From contig JAKAKZ010000001.1 of assembly GCA_021824285.1 (NCBI GenBank), positions 4,096 to 68,095 of the forward strand: a stretch of DNA of 64,000 bases. Reading direction: 5' to 3'. Position numbers and translations under genes: made by a program. This stretch comes from a bacterium (lineage in GTDB: Bacteria > Patescibacteriota > Patescibacteriia > SG8-24). This document shows positions 9,848 through 19,411 of this stretch, one piece after another (position 1 is the first letter of the stretch; each line of letters starts with the position of its first letter). Under the pieces are notes generated by a model. It saw only the letters and a program-made list of their open reading frames with translations, was not told where the DNA came from and searched no databases.

Positions 9848-11131
9848 ATGGACCCATCCACCACCGTGCCGGTCCGGTACTGCCTGTACGCTCGGAAATC
9901 TAGCGAACAGGACGAGCGGCAGGCGCTGTCGATCGACGCGCAGATCCAAGAGATAACCGAACTCGCAGTGAGGGAGAAGCTCGAGATCGTCGCCGTCCGC
10001 AAGGAGAGCCATTCCGCGAAGGACTCCGGCGAGCGACCGGAATACAACGGACTCATCACGGACATCCGCACCGGTATCATTAATGGCATCCTCACGTGGG
10101 CGCCTGACCGCCTCAGCCGTAACGGCGGCGACCTAGGATCGCTGGTCGACCTCATGGACCAAGGAAAGCTCGCGGAGATCCGGACACCGAGCCAGCGGTT
10201 CACGAATTCGCCGAACGAGAAGTTCCTGCTCATGATCCTCTGCTCGCAGGCGAAGCTCGAAAACGACAGCAAGGGCGTGAACGTGCGTCGCGGCCTCAAG
10301 GTGAAGGCGCAGATGGGCTGGCGACCGAACATGTCACCTATGGGGTACATCAACACCAAGACAGGCATCAAGGGCGAACAGAAGGTCATCCTAGACCCGA
10401 AGCGCGCGCCGCTCATCAGAGAAATGTTCGAACGTGTGGCGAACCTCGGCCACAGCGGACGGAAGATCAAGGAATGGCTGGACCAGTCCGGCTTTACGAC
10501 GCGCGGCGGCAAGCCAGTGACGCTCAGCAGCATCTTCCTGATGCTCCGAAACCCATACTACTGCGGCAAGTTCGAGTTCCCGAAGGGCGGCGGCAACTGG
10601 TACCGCGTGGCGCACGAGTCGATCGTGACCGAGGGGCTTTTCGAGGACGTCCAGCGGCAACTCTCGCTAGAGAAGAAAAAGACGCCGTGGGGCTCGAAGG
10701 AGTTCGCCTTCACGCGGCTCATGAAGTGCGGGTCGTGCGGCTCCGGCATCACCGCGCAGGAGAAGTTCAAGTCGATGGACGACGGTACGCGCAAGCGCTA
10801 CGTCTACTACCACTGCGGACGGTCGACCGACAAGGAGTGCGGGGAGCCGTATATCCGCGAAGAAGCACTCATCGAACAGCTTATCGCCGTCCTCGACGAC
10901 CTGAAGATTGACCATGCGGTCTCTAAGAAGAAGTTCCAGGAGGAATTCGACCGGAACCGGAAATTTATGGAGTCGATGATGGGGACCCAAGCCATGCCGG
11001 AAGCGCCACGCCTGGACCATAAGAAGTACGTCCGCCACGTCCTGACCAACGGAACGAAAGAAGAGAAGCGCGAGCTTCTCTCTTGCGTAACGTCCGAGCT
11101 TCGCCTCTCCAACAAGGCCATCAGGATCTAG
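9848..11131 (+). CDS. Large serine recombinase (resolvase + recombinase + Zn ribbon)
   Basis: YARKSSE catalytic Ser, DRLSRN, LRNPYYCG, CGSCGS...YYHC...C zinc ribbon. Confidence 0.92.
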   Translation: MDPSTTVPVRYCLYARKSSEQDERQALSIDAQIQEITELAVREKLEIVAVRKESHSAKDSGERPEYNGLITDIRTGIINGILTWAPDRLSRNGGDLGSLVDLMDQGKLAEIRTPSQRFTNSPNEKFLLMILCSQAKLENDSKGVNVRRGLKVKAQMGWRPNMSPMGYINTKTGIKGEQKVILDPKRAPLIREMFERVANLGHSGRKIKEWLDQSGFTTRGGKPVTLSSIFLMLRNPYYCGKFEFPKGGGNWYRVAHESIVTEGLFEDVQRQLSLEKKKTPWGSKEFAFTRLMKCGSCGSGITAQEKFKSMDDGTRKRYVYYHCGRSTDKECGEPYIREEALIEQLIAVLDDLKIDHAVSKKKFQEEFDRNRKFMESMMGTQAMPEAPRLDHKKYVRHVLTNGTKEEKRELLSCVTSELRLSNKAIRI

Positions 11132-11685
11132 GTATCCGGCGCAGGCGGGCTGTTATCGACACGATACCTTCCTTCGCCTTCGGCAATGCCTTTTTTTGCC
11201 TTTTGATAAGCGAACCATGGAACCTGGGGACAGCTCTTGTTCAGCTGTTCTTTTTGCTGCGAGAAGTACTTCAGTTTTTCCGTAAGGACTTCCTCGGAGC
11301 TCTCACGCCAGCAGTCAATGGTTCGAAAAATCCGAACCCTGTTCTGGAGGGCGTCATACTCGTTGCCGGCGTTGAGGTGGGCGTTGGCCCGTTCGTTCGG
11401 GTTCAGGAAAGTCATCACCGCCGTGAAGGCCGCGATTGCGATGGCAAAGATCCCACCAACGGCCTTCAGGTTGTCGGACGTGGTCTGCGACGACGCACTT
11501 ACAATCGAGGACATGATAACTGTCGGCACACCGATCCAAAGATGAAACCGCAACCAAAAATGTGCGGCGGCGAAATGCCCCTTGGATGTGTAAAGGGTCG
11601 CCTCCTCAATCCGCTGCGCTTCCTTGATGATCTCCTCTTTGGTGTGACTTACTGGTTGTTCGGCCGTCGTGAGCTGGTCAGCCAT
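11128..11685 (-). CDS. SLATT-domain 2TM effector (CBASS)
   Basis: KGHFAAAHFW...LWIGVP, two TM segments, FLNPNERANAH; ATG at 11685 overlaps the CD-NTase stop. Confidence 0.8.
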   Translation of the reverse strand: MADQLTTAEQPVSHTKEEIIKEAQRIEEATLYTSKGHFAAAHFWLRFHLWIGVPTVIMSSIVSASSQTTSDNLKAVGGIFAIAIAAFTAVMTFLNPNERANAHLNAGNEYDALQNRVRIFRTIDCWRESSEEVLTEKLKYFSQQKEQLNKSCPQVPWFAYQKAKKGIAEGEGRYRVDNSPPAPDT

Positions 11686-12559
11686 ATGCGGGAAAGTAGT
11701 CTCCAAATATCTTTTGCCAGAACTCCATCGCCTCCTGCGTGCGCCCCCGAGCCTCAAGCTCCTCCGCCTTCAATGCCCGCGTATAAGCCGTCTCGAACTT
11801 ACTCATGGCCTCCATGATCTTCTCGGCGGTGTTGATGTACCGTCCTACGTCACCGCCGTATCCGGCTGGATCCAGATTTTGCTTACTGATCAGCTCCTTG
11901 CCCTTCCCGAAGAAATACCTTACGCCCGACGGAAAATCAGAGATGGTGATGCCTTCAAGAATCTGAAGGGCCAACACCTCGAGGTGGAACGACATGAAAT
12001 GGCGCCCGATGTTCTTATTCCACGCCTTGATCATTTTGATAAGCGGGATCAAATCTCCGTTGTGCGCCACGTTCGAGGCACTCACCAAATCGACATGTTT
12101 CTTGGGATCGGTGGAAATCCAATTCTGGCTTACCGAATCCGGAATTAGGAAACCGCCTCCTTGACGATAAAAACCCGGCACAACGTCGACCACGAAGTCC
12201 GTGAAGGCAACGGTGACAGCCTGCCCGTTCCGACTGATGTCCGGGGTCTTGGTGTAGGTCCGACGCAAGGCCCGCTTCACAAGATCAAGGAGTCCCGCCT
12301 GACCACCGTTTTGCCCATTGTAGTTGTGGTAGTACTTGGCACTGAGGACGACGAAAATATCCACATCAGACTCTTTGAGGGGTCCAATCATGGTGCTCCT
12401 GGAGTACGAGCCGGTCAGAAAGGTGTCCAAAACCTCGAGCTCCGCCTCGACGACCTCGCGGACATTCTTCTGCCGCGTGGCCACCGTTGCCTTCTGGAGC
12501 CCGGTAATCTCGAGATTTTCTTTGAATTTTTGGAACGCGGACTGAATCGTGGTTGCCAT
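11678..12559 (-). CDS. CD-NTase / SMODS nucleotidyltransferase (CBASS cyclase)
   Basis: FLTGSYSRST...SDVDIF, VDVVPG, TDPKKH, LIKMIKAWN, SFHLE, C-terminal WQKIFGDYFP. Confidence 0.88.
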   Translation of the reverse strand: MATTIQSAFQKFKENLEITGLQKATVATRQKNVREVVEAELEVLDTFLTGSYSRSTMIGPLKESDVDIFVVLSAKYYHNYNGQNGGQAGLLDLVKRALRRTYTKTPDISRNGQAVTVAFTDFVVDVVPGFYRQGGGFLIPDSVSQNWISTDPKKHVDLVSASNVAHNGDLIPLIKMIKAWNKNIGRHFMSFHLEVLALQILEGITISDFPSGVRYFFGKGKELISKQNLDPAGYGGDVGRYINTAEKIMEAMSKFETAYTRALKAEELEARGRTQEAMEFWQKIFGDYFPAYG

Positions 12560-12602
12560 ATTTCCGGCATACCTTACAACTCTGTGGCCGTACGCGCAAT
12601 AC

Positions 12603-12633
12603 GAAACCGCGCGGCCAAAAGCCGCGCGGTTTC
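12603..12633. terminator. Perfect 13-bp hairpin between tRNA-Asn and the CD-NTase
   Basis: GAAACCGCGCGGC-CAAAA-GCCGCGCGGTTTC. Confidence 0.5.
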
Positions 12634-12716
12634 TTCCTTCCTGCCAAGGCTCTCCGGTCCAAGCGAACCACGTCCTACGTGGTCACCTGGTACGGTCTGC
12701 CTGAACTAGAAAGTTG

Positions 12717-12791
12717 TGGCTCCGAGGCTGGGATTCGAACCCAGAACCAATGGATTAACAGTCCACTGCTCTACCGTTGAGCTACCTCGGA
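12717..12791 (-). tRNA. tRNA-Asn(GTT)
   Basis: TCCGAGG acceptor stem, GTGGA-CTGTTAA-TCCAT anticodon arm, GGTTCGAATCC T-arm, encoded CCA. Confidence 0.97.
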
Positions 12792-12832
12792 ATACGCAAT
12801 TTTCTGAAAGAATGGCCGATTTAGGCAGAGGC

Positions 12833-12861
12833 AGATTACGGCAAAGAACGGAAAATGGCAA
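12833..12861 (-). promoter_or_regulatory. Probable tRNA-Asn promoter
   Basis: TTGCCA, 17-nt spacer, TAATCT on the minus strand. Confidence 0.5.
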
Positions 12862-13007
12862 GTGCTGGGATAATCCACAGCGGCAAACTATCGCTAAGCC
12901 ATAAGGCAAAAAGGCAATAGGCGCGCATGGTCTACTGGCCCCAACCTCGTCTTATGGCCTGACAAACCCAAATATGCGCTACTATTATGGCACCAAACCA
13001 CACCTCT

Positions 13008-14318
13008 ATGCCGACCCACGACCAAAAAACGGCCCGGATCGTCCAGGAACTGCGCGCGCGGCGGAGCACCGCGCCGCTTTCGCTCAAGAAGAGGGCCGTA
13101 TCGCACGAGGTCCCCAAACCGGACGACAAGCGGCACCAGGATGAGAAACTCGACATCAGCGACCTCAATGAGATCCTGGAAATCGACCCGGTGGCGCGCA
13201 CCTGCGTCGCCGAACCGGGCGTGACCTTCGTCGACCTGGTCGCGGCCACGCTGCGGCACGGCCTCGTGCCCTACGTCGTACCGGAGCTCAAGACCATCAC
13301 CATCGGCGGTGCCGTCGCCGGCTGTTCAATCGAGTCGATGTCGTACAAGATCGGCGGCTTCCACGACAACTGCCTCGAGTACGAGGTGATCACGGCGCAG
13401 GGCGACATCCTCCTCTGCACGCCCGACAACGAGAACCGCCTGATCTTCCAGATGGTCCACGGGACTTTCGGCACGCTTGGCATCATCGCGCGGCTGAAAT
13501 TTCGGCTCTGCCCGGCCAAGCCTTACGTTCACGTCACCTATGAGAAGTACGGCGACCTGGAGGCCTACAAGGCGGCCATCTGGCGCCATTACCAGGCCCG
13601 CGACGTGGATTTCATGGACGGCATCATCCATTCGCCGCAGGAACTGGTATTGAGCGTGGCCAACTTCTGCGACCGCGCGCCGTACGCGCACCGCTACGAC
13701 TGGATGCGGGTCTATTACTTGAGTACCAAAACGCGCGAGGAGGATTACCTGCGCACCGCGGATTATTTCTTCCGCTACGACAAGGGCGTGACCAATGTCA
13801 CGCCGCGCTCCTTTTTCGGCCGTCTTTTCTTCGGCAAGCTGCTGGACTCCGACGCCATCCTGCGCCTGGTCACCAGGTTCCGCCGCTTCATCCCGGCCAA
13901 GATGATCCCGGTCACGGTGGACACCTTCATCCCCTTCTCCCGCGTCACGCCGTTCCTGGACTGGTACCGGCGCGAGGTGGGCTTCTTCCCGCTCTGGTGC
14001 GTACCCTACAAGCCGTCGCACCGCTACGAATGGATCGACGACGCCTACCTCAAGGGCGCCGACGACGAGCTGTTCCTGGACCTGGCCATCTACGGGCTGC
14101 CGAAGAATCCCGACAAGGACTACTACCGGCTCCTGGAGGACGAGCTCACAGCCGTCGGTGCCATCAAGACGCTTATCTCGACGAATTACTATTCCGAAGC
14201 CGATTTCTGGAAGATCTGGAACCGGAAGAACTATGAGTCGGTCAAGCGGCGGACCGACCCGGACAACCTCTTCCGCGACCTCTACTCGAAGATGTGCCGC
14301 GCGGCCCGAGGCTTGTGA
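13008..14318 (+). CDS. FAD-binding oxidoreductase (DHCR24 / Rv3719-like)
   Basis: AEPGVTF, VVPELKTITIGGAVAGCSIES, GTFGTLGII, C-terminal DPDNLFRDLYSK. Confidence 0.85.
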   Translation: MPTHDQKTARIVQELRARRSTAPLSLKKRAVSHEVPKPDDKRHQDEKLDISDLNEILEIDPVARTCVAEPGVTFVDLVAATLRHGLVPYVVPELKTITIGGAVAGCSIESMSYKIGGFHDNCLEYEVITAQGDILLCTPDNENRLIFQMVHGTFGTLGIIARLKFRLCPAKPYVHVTYEKYGDLEAYKAAIWRHYQARDVDFMDGIIHSPQELVLSVANFCDRAPYAHRYDWMRVYYLSTKTREEDYLRTADYFFRYDKGVTNVTPRSFFGRLFFGKLLDSDAILRLVTRFRRFIPAKMIPVTVDTFIPFSRVTPFLDWYRREVGFFPLWCVPYKPSHRYEWIDDAYLKGADDELFLDLAIYGLPKNPDKDYYRLLEDELTAVGAIKTLISTNYYSEADFWKIWNRKNYESVKRRTDPDNLFRDLYSKMCRAARGL

Positions 14319-14501
14319 GGTGAATTGATGAGGCGGTCCGGGGCCTGCGGCGTCGGCGGCACCGGCAGGACGGCGCTTATCACCGAAGCGATAGGGCACT
14401 GTGAAGGCGGGCATGAAACCCATTCTGGCAAGGCTTCAGGTGAGACTGATAGTCTGGACTTTATTTTCAATCAAAAAGCCGCCTCGCTGGAGGCGGCAAG
14501 C

Positions 14502-15032
14502 TCACATCCGCATCAGGGCGGCGAACATGATGGAAAAATTGCAGGCCGCGTGCACGGCGACGCAGCAGAGGTAGCCGATGAACACCGAGGGCCGGCTGTT
14601 CCGCACGAACAGGCGGGCAAGCAGAAAGCCGACCGCTCCCTGCATGAACACGTGGATCAGCGAGCCGTGACCGATGCCGAACAGGAATCCGCAAACGACC
14701 AAGGAGACGATCCGGACTGTCCTACCGTCACCGCGGTCGCGGCGCAAGGCGAGTGACAGCGGCAGAAGCCGGAAAACCGCCTCCTCGATCACCGGCGCGA
14801 AGATGACGCCTTCGCCGAAGGTTATCTGGTGCTTGGCGGCCAAAACGGGGGTCAGCCAGCGTAGGCCGCCCAGCGTGGCCGAGAGCGGGTGCAGATAGTT
14901 TCCGGCGTTGGCGTTGGCTATGGCAACCGCGAAGATCGCGATGGTCCACAGCTGCAGCCAGAAAAATGAGGCGCCGTAGGTCGCGAAAACATCCTTCAGG
15001 CGCTCGCGAAAACTCAACGGAACGATTTCCAT
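14502..15032 (-). CDS. CPBP family intramembrane glutamic endopeptidase
   Basis: APVIEEAVFR, FGIGH and HAACN motifs in a multi-TM protein; hairpin at about 14473-14498 downstream. Confidence 0.8.
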   Translation of the reverse strand: MEIVPLSFRERLKDVFATYGASFFWLQLWTIAIFAVAIANANAGNYLHPLSATLGGLRWLTPVLAAKHQITFGEGVIFAPVIEEAVFRLLPLSLALRRDRGDGRTVRIVSLVVCGFLFGIGHGSLIHVFMQGAVGFLLARLFVRNSRPSVFIGYLCCVAVHAACNFSIMFAALMRM

Positions 15033-15184
15033 CTTCGACCATCCGTTCGGAAAAGAACCCAAAAAGACCTTAACGGTTACCGAAGGGCATGTAAAGCGGA
15101 GATGGCGATCAAACGAAAGCGGGGCCGGCCGCCAGGCACGCCCCCGCTTGGTTTTCGTTCGCCGGTTTCACGGCGAGCAGGCAA

Positions 15185-16477
15185 TCAATAGTAATCGCGC
15201 AGCCGGGCGATGCCCTGGTGGTGCTGCATCTTTTCGAGCGCCTTCGCCTCGATCTGGCGGATGCGTTCGCGCGTCACGTCGAACTCCTTACCGACTTCCT
15301 CGAGCGTGTGGCTGACGCCGTCGAGCAGGCCGAAGCGCATCTCCAGGATCTTCTGCTCGCGCGGCGAGAGGTCCTTGATGACGTCGCGCACGTAATCGCG
15401 CAGCAGCTGCAGCGCGGCCGCCCGGTCCGGCGAGATGTTCTTGACGTCCTCGATGAAGTCCTCGAGCGTGGAGTCCTCATCGTCGTCGCCGACGGACGTC
15501 TCGAGCGACACGGTCTCCTGCGAGATCTGGATGATGTGGCGGACCTTGTCGATCTCCTCGTTCATCTCCGCGGCGATCTCCTCCGGCAGCGGTTCGCGGC
15601 CGAGGTCCTGGATGAGCTGACGCTCCACCTGCTGGAAGCGGTTGATGGTCTCGACCATATGCACCGGGATGCGGATGGTGCGGGACTGGTCGGCCAAAGC
15701 GCGGGTGATGGCCTGACGGATCCACCAGGTGGCGTAGGTCGAGAACTTGTAGCCCTTGCGGTATTCGAACTTCTTGACCGCGCGGAACAGGCCGATGTTG
15801 CCTTCCTGCACCAGGTCGAGGAGTGACAGCGACTTGCCGACGAACTTCTTGGCGATAGAAACGACGAGACGCAGGTTCGCCTCGATCAGGCGGCGTTCGG
15901 CCTCGCGGTCGTTGCGTTCCTTGCGCTTGGCGAGCGCCACCTCCTCGTCCGGAGTCAAAAGCGGAATCTTGCCGATTTCGCGCAGGTACATCTGGATGTT
16001 GTCGGACGAGATGTCGGTGAGGTCGAAGCGCTTCTTCTCCTTGGTGACGCGGATCTTGTTCAGCGCCTCCTCGCGCTCGGCCTGCCGGCCCAGCAGCCCC
16101 TCCTTCAGTTCCACCACCTGCACGCCGATGCCTTCGAGCTTCTGGAGCAGGTCTTCATAAAGCGGCACATATTCCTCCAGGTCAGCGAATACGGACATGA
16201 TCTCGTTCTCGGTCAGGAAGTTGCGCATCTGCGCGCGCTTAAGGAGACCTTCAATAGCCGATGGGCTCGGCGGTTGCGCCTTGACCCGCGCCTGACGAAG
16301 AGGCTTGGCCGCGCCTTTCTTGGCGGGCTTCTTAGCCCCTTTCTTCGCGACCGGCTTCGTGGAGATTTTCTTGAGCTTGGATTTCTTGGACGCCTCTTTC
16401 TTCACAACCGGCTTCTTGGGCGCCTTTTTCCCCTCAACTTTCTTCGGGGCAAGCTTCTTGACTGGTGTTTTGGCCAT
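15185..16477 (-). CDS. rpoD: RNA polymerase primary sigma factor with Lys/Ala-rich N-terminal extension
   Basis: [46 protein letters not shown]; downstream of dnaG. Confidence 0.95.
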   Translation of the reverse strand: MAKTPVKKLAPKKVEGKKAPKKPVVKKEASKKSKLKKISTKPVAKKGAKKPAKKGAAKPLRQARVKAQPPSPSAIEGLLKRAQMRNFLTENEIMSVFADLEEYVPLYEDLLQKLEGIGVQVVELKEGLLGRQAEREEALNKIRVTKEKKRFDLTDISSDNIQMYLREIGKIPLLTPDEEVALAKRKERNDREAERRLIEANLRLVVSIAKKFVGKSLSLLDLVQEGNIGLFRAVKKFEYRKGYKFSTYATWWIRQAITRALADQSRTIRIPVHMVETINRFQQVERQLIQDLGREPLPEEIAAEMNEEIDKVRHIIQISQETVSLETSVGDDDEDSTLEDFIEDVKNISPDRAAALQLLRDYVRDVIKDLSPREQKILEMRFGLLDGVSHTLEEVGKEFDVTRERIRQIEAKALEKMQHHQGIARLRDYY

Positions 16478-16544
16478 AGTTGCGGCGGTTTCCCGCCGTA
16501 ATCAGGGCGCAGAGCGCCTCTACAAAAAACCGTGGACTGGCCTA

Positions 16545-18371
16545 TCACTGGAGCAGGCCGTCCAACTGGCGTTGAATTTCCTGGATGCCCGCCTGGTCGC
16601 CGGCCTTTTCGGCCTGGGCCATTTCCTGGCGAAGCTCTTTCTTCCGGCGGTCGATGCGGAGTTTCTGTAGTTCTCCGATCAATCGGTCGAGCGCGTCCTT
16701 CCGCCTCTCGGGCGCCAATTCGCCGAACTCCATTTCAGCGCGGAGTTCTAGGGTGGCGACCAGCTGTGCGGACTCCGCAGTGGGAGCCGGCACCGGCACG
16801 GACGCGGCTCCTGATGAGCCGCCGTTACGTTTCGCAGTATACGCCAGGACGTATTCCGTGTAAAGCTGGCGATAATTCTCCTCAAACTCCTCCGGCAGGA
16901 CCCGGGAAATGGCCTCTTCCGCGAATTCCGGCCACTTATACAGCATGGCCAGCGTGAATTCGGAGACCACGGCATCGCGGGTCTGGGCTTTGGGGAGCTG
17001 ACGGATGCTAGGACTCGCCTCTACGGCCGCGGCTGGCTCTGCGGCGGTCGCGCGGTGGGGCTGGATACGGGATTTCAGCTGCTGCAGGCGCTCGAAAAGC
17101 AGAGAGTCCGGCGTATCGAACAGCCGTGCCGTCTCCCGGATCCAATGGGCCTGTTCGACCGGCTCTTTCATCTTGGCGATTTCCGCGAGAATCTGGTGCG
17201 AGGCCTCCCGTTTGGCTTCGGGATCGTGGAAATCCGTACGCTCCTTGGCCAGCTCCAGGTACCACTCCATGTAGGGTACGGCAGCGGCCACGGCTTTCGG
17301 CCAAAGTTCCGGATGCTGGCGAACGCAATCGTCTGGATCCTTGCCGGCCTCCGGCGGCAGACGCAGCACCCGGACCGTCAGCTCCTGGAGCACGGCCGCA
17401 TCGATGCCGCGCCGCGCGGCCGCCTCCCCCGCCTTGTCGTTATCGAAGGAAAGCACGACGCGGCTAGTGAAGCGCTTAAGGAGCTTGAGTTGGTCATCCG
17501 TGAGAGCCGTGCCGGAACTGGCGACCACGTTCCTGAAACCGGCCTGCTGGACGGACACTACATCCATGTTGCCCTCCACCACGACCGCCAATCCCTGTTT
17601 ACGGATCTCCTGCTTGGCGCGGTCGAGTCCGAAAAGCAGATGGCTCTTGTTATAGACCAACGTCTGGTTGGTGTTGACGTATTTGGCTTCGTTCTCCGGA
17701 TCCTTGCCGTCTGGACCGGGAATGATCCGACCCGTGAAGCCGACGATATTGCCGTGGACGTCGCGGATGGGGAACATCAACCGGTTGCGGAAGCGGTCAA
17801 AGTGGCCGGTGCCGCGTTCGGACCGAGAGACTAGTCCAGCCTTGAAGAGTTCCTCCTCGCTGAATCCCTTGCGCTTAAGGGCGTTAAGCAGGGCGTCCCA
17901 GGTGTCGGGCGCATAGCCGATAAGCCAGTCCTCGATAGTCTCCGGCTTGAGTGCGCGACGGGTGGCGGCGTAAGCGCGGACTTTCTCGGCCACCGGATGC
18001 TTGAGCAGGACCTCATGCCAAAAGCGCGCGGCCATGCGGTTGGCCTCGAGCAGGCGCTGACGTTCCTCGTTGGCCTGCCGATCCTCTGGCTTGAGCTCTA
18101 CGCCGGCCCGCTTGGCTAGAATGCGCAACGCCTCCGGAAAATCCACGCCTTCGATGCGCTGGATGAAGCCGAAGATGTCGCCGTCCTCGCCGCAGCCAAA
18201 GCAGTGGTAGCGCTGGCGATCGACGTTCACGTAGAACGACGGCGTCTTTTCCCCATGGAACGGGCAGCAGGCACGCCAAGCCGACCCGGCTTTCTTGAGC
18301 GGGACGTGATCGGATACGAGCTGGACGATATCCAACTTGGATTTAATCTCTTCGATGACGCCGGAGGACAT
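16545..18371 (-). CDS. dnaG: DNA primase
   Basis: CPFHGEKTPSF...CFGC zinc finger, DRFRNRLMFPI, VVEGNMD, SFDNDKAG Toprim. Confidence 0.97.
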   Translation of the reverse strand: MSSGVIEEIKSKLDIVQLVSDHVPLKKAGSAWRACCPFHGEKTPSFYVNVDRQRYHCFGCGEDGDIFGFIQRIEGVDFPEALRILAKRAGVELKPEDRQANEERQRLLEANRMAARFWHEVLLKHPVAEKVRAYAATRRALKPETIEDWLIGYAPDTWDALLNALKRKGFSEEELFKAGLVSRSERGTGHFDRFRNRLMFPIRDVHGNIVGFTGRIIPGPDGKDPENEAKYVNTNQTLVYNKSHLLFGLDRAKQEIRKQGLAVVVEGNMDVVSVQQAGFRNVVASSGTALTDDQLKLLKRFTSRVVLSFDNDKAGEAAARRGIDAAVLQELTVRVLRLPPEAGKDPDDCVRQHPELWPKAVAAAVPYMEWYLELAKERTDFHDPEAKREASHQILAEIAKMKEPVEQAHWIRETARLFDTPDSLLFERLQQLKSRIQPHRATAAEPAAAVEASPSIRQLPKAQTRDAVVSEFTLAMLYKWPEFAEEAISRVLPEEFEENYRQLYTEYVLAYTAKRNGGSSGAASVPVPAPTAESAQLVATLELRAEMEFGELAPERRKDALDRLIGELQKLRIDRRKKELRQEMAQAEKAGDQAGIQEIQRQLDGLLQ

Positions 18372-18382
18372 CGTAGTTGGTT

Positions 18383-18458
18383 GAGAGTCGAGAGTTTAGA
18401 GTTCAAAGTTGAAAGTTTTGGTTCAGTCCAAACTTTCAACTCTCAACTCCGAACTTTC
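18383..18458. repeat. 7-nt-periodic inverted repeat upstream of dnaG
   Basis: AGT at 18386/393/400/407/414 mirrored by ACT at 18432/439/446/453. Confidence 0.8.
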
Positions 18459-18467
18459 AAACGCCAA

Positions 18468-19280
18468 TCATCGGACCAATTCGATCAATCGCTCAAACGG
18501 CAGCTGCGATGGTTTGGCGTCCGGCGCCAGTTCGCCGCCGCAGATGAGCAACTTCTTGGTGTGATGGAAATACCAGGTCGCCGTCGGATCCTCCTTCGCC
18601 AAGGCCTCATGGACGGCCGTGAGATCGATATCGGTGCCGGCCCGGCCGCGGATATTGCGGTATGAGCCGTCAGGATTCATGTACAGCACCAGATCGAAGC
18701 CGTGCGCGTAGCCGTATGAATCGATCTCGCGGGCGGTCGAGACCAGCGCCACGGCACGTCCGTAGCGCGACTGGAACTCCTGCCGTTTAGCCCAAGCGGT
18801 CTCGAGGCGGACCATATTGCGTTCGGAGACCAGCAAGGCATCAAGCAGGCGATACCCCAGTTCGGCAACCGCGGAGGAATCGCGGCCGGTCCGTTCGTAC
18901 TCTCCCTGAAAGACCATCGGAACGGTGAACTCGCGGTAAGCTACCGCATTCAGTTTGCCCGTGTCCTCCTCAAGCACCCAGGCGACGATTTTGGCGATGG
19001 CCGCGGCTTCCTCCGGGTCAGCGATACGGCCTTTTATGGCCTTGTGCACCAGCGTCGTGGCGCAATCCCCCACATCACCCTTGTGCTCATCGAAGCGCCC
19101 GCGGGCCATGCCGACGTAAATGATGCCCAAATCCGCATCCGGCTCGCTTACCCGCCTGTCCGCCGGCAGAAACTCCAGGGCCGCATTCTCGGCTCCCGGC
19201 TGATAGCGCTTCAGCAGCCAGGCGGCACAGATGTCGTCCAAGTGCGGCCGAATATGGGTGATGATGCGTTTAACGGTCAT
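18468..19280 (-). CDS. Putative DHH/MYG1-like phosphoesterase-fold protein
   Basis: ITHIRPHLDD, RFDEHK and CATTLV motifs. Confidence 0.55.
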   Translation of the reverse strand: MTVKRIITHIRPHLDDICAAWLLKRYQPGAENAALEFLPADRRVSEPDADLGIIYVGMARGRFDEHKGDVGDCATTLVHKAIKGRIADPEEAAAIAKIVAWVLEEDTGKLNAVAYREFTVPMVFQGEYERTGRDSSAVAELGYRLLDALLVSERNMVRLETAWAKRQEFQSRYGRAVALVSTAREIDSYGYAHGFDLVLYMNPDGSYRNIRGRAGTDIDLTAVHEALAKEDPTATWYFHHTKKLLICGGELAPDAKPSQLPFERLIELVR

Positions 19281-19348
19281 AAATGCGCATTAGCATAGCC
19301 ATACTTTACCCGATGCCATGGTAACGTAAAAGGGAGGCCGCTCACCAA

Positions 19349-19386
19349 CAAAAAAGGCCCCGCGCATGATGCGACGGGGGCCTTTG
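19349..19386 (-). terminator. Intrinsic terminator
   Basis: AAAGGCCCC...GGGGCCTTT stem with an A-run on + (U-run on -) downstream of the surface protein gene. Confidence 0.6.
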
Positions 19387-19411
19387 GCGCCTCAGAGGCG
19401 GCGGGTCCGGA

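Larger units (their letters stand above)
1..12716. mobile_element. Accessory/defence island at the 3' end of tRNA-Asn; left boundary outside the window
   Basis: R-M, terminase-like, recombinase and CBASS genes clustered directly downstream of tRNA-Asn; host-type genes resume beyond the tRNA. No att duplicate seen in the window. Confidence 0.7.

Noticed and set aside
6462-11131. Intact prophage
   Set aside because: No portal, capsid, tail, lysis or replication genes are recognisable in the window.
1-12716. att direct repeat of the tRNA-Asn 3' end
   Set aside because: No second copy found by eye; it may be outside the window, and serine recombinases leave very short cores. The palindrome ACCACGT-CCT-ACGTGGT at 12667-12683 is too weak to call an att site.
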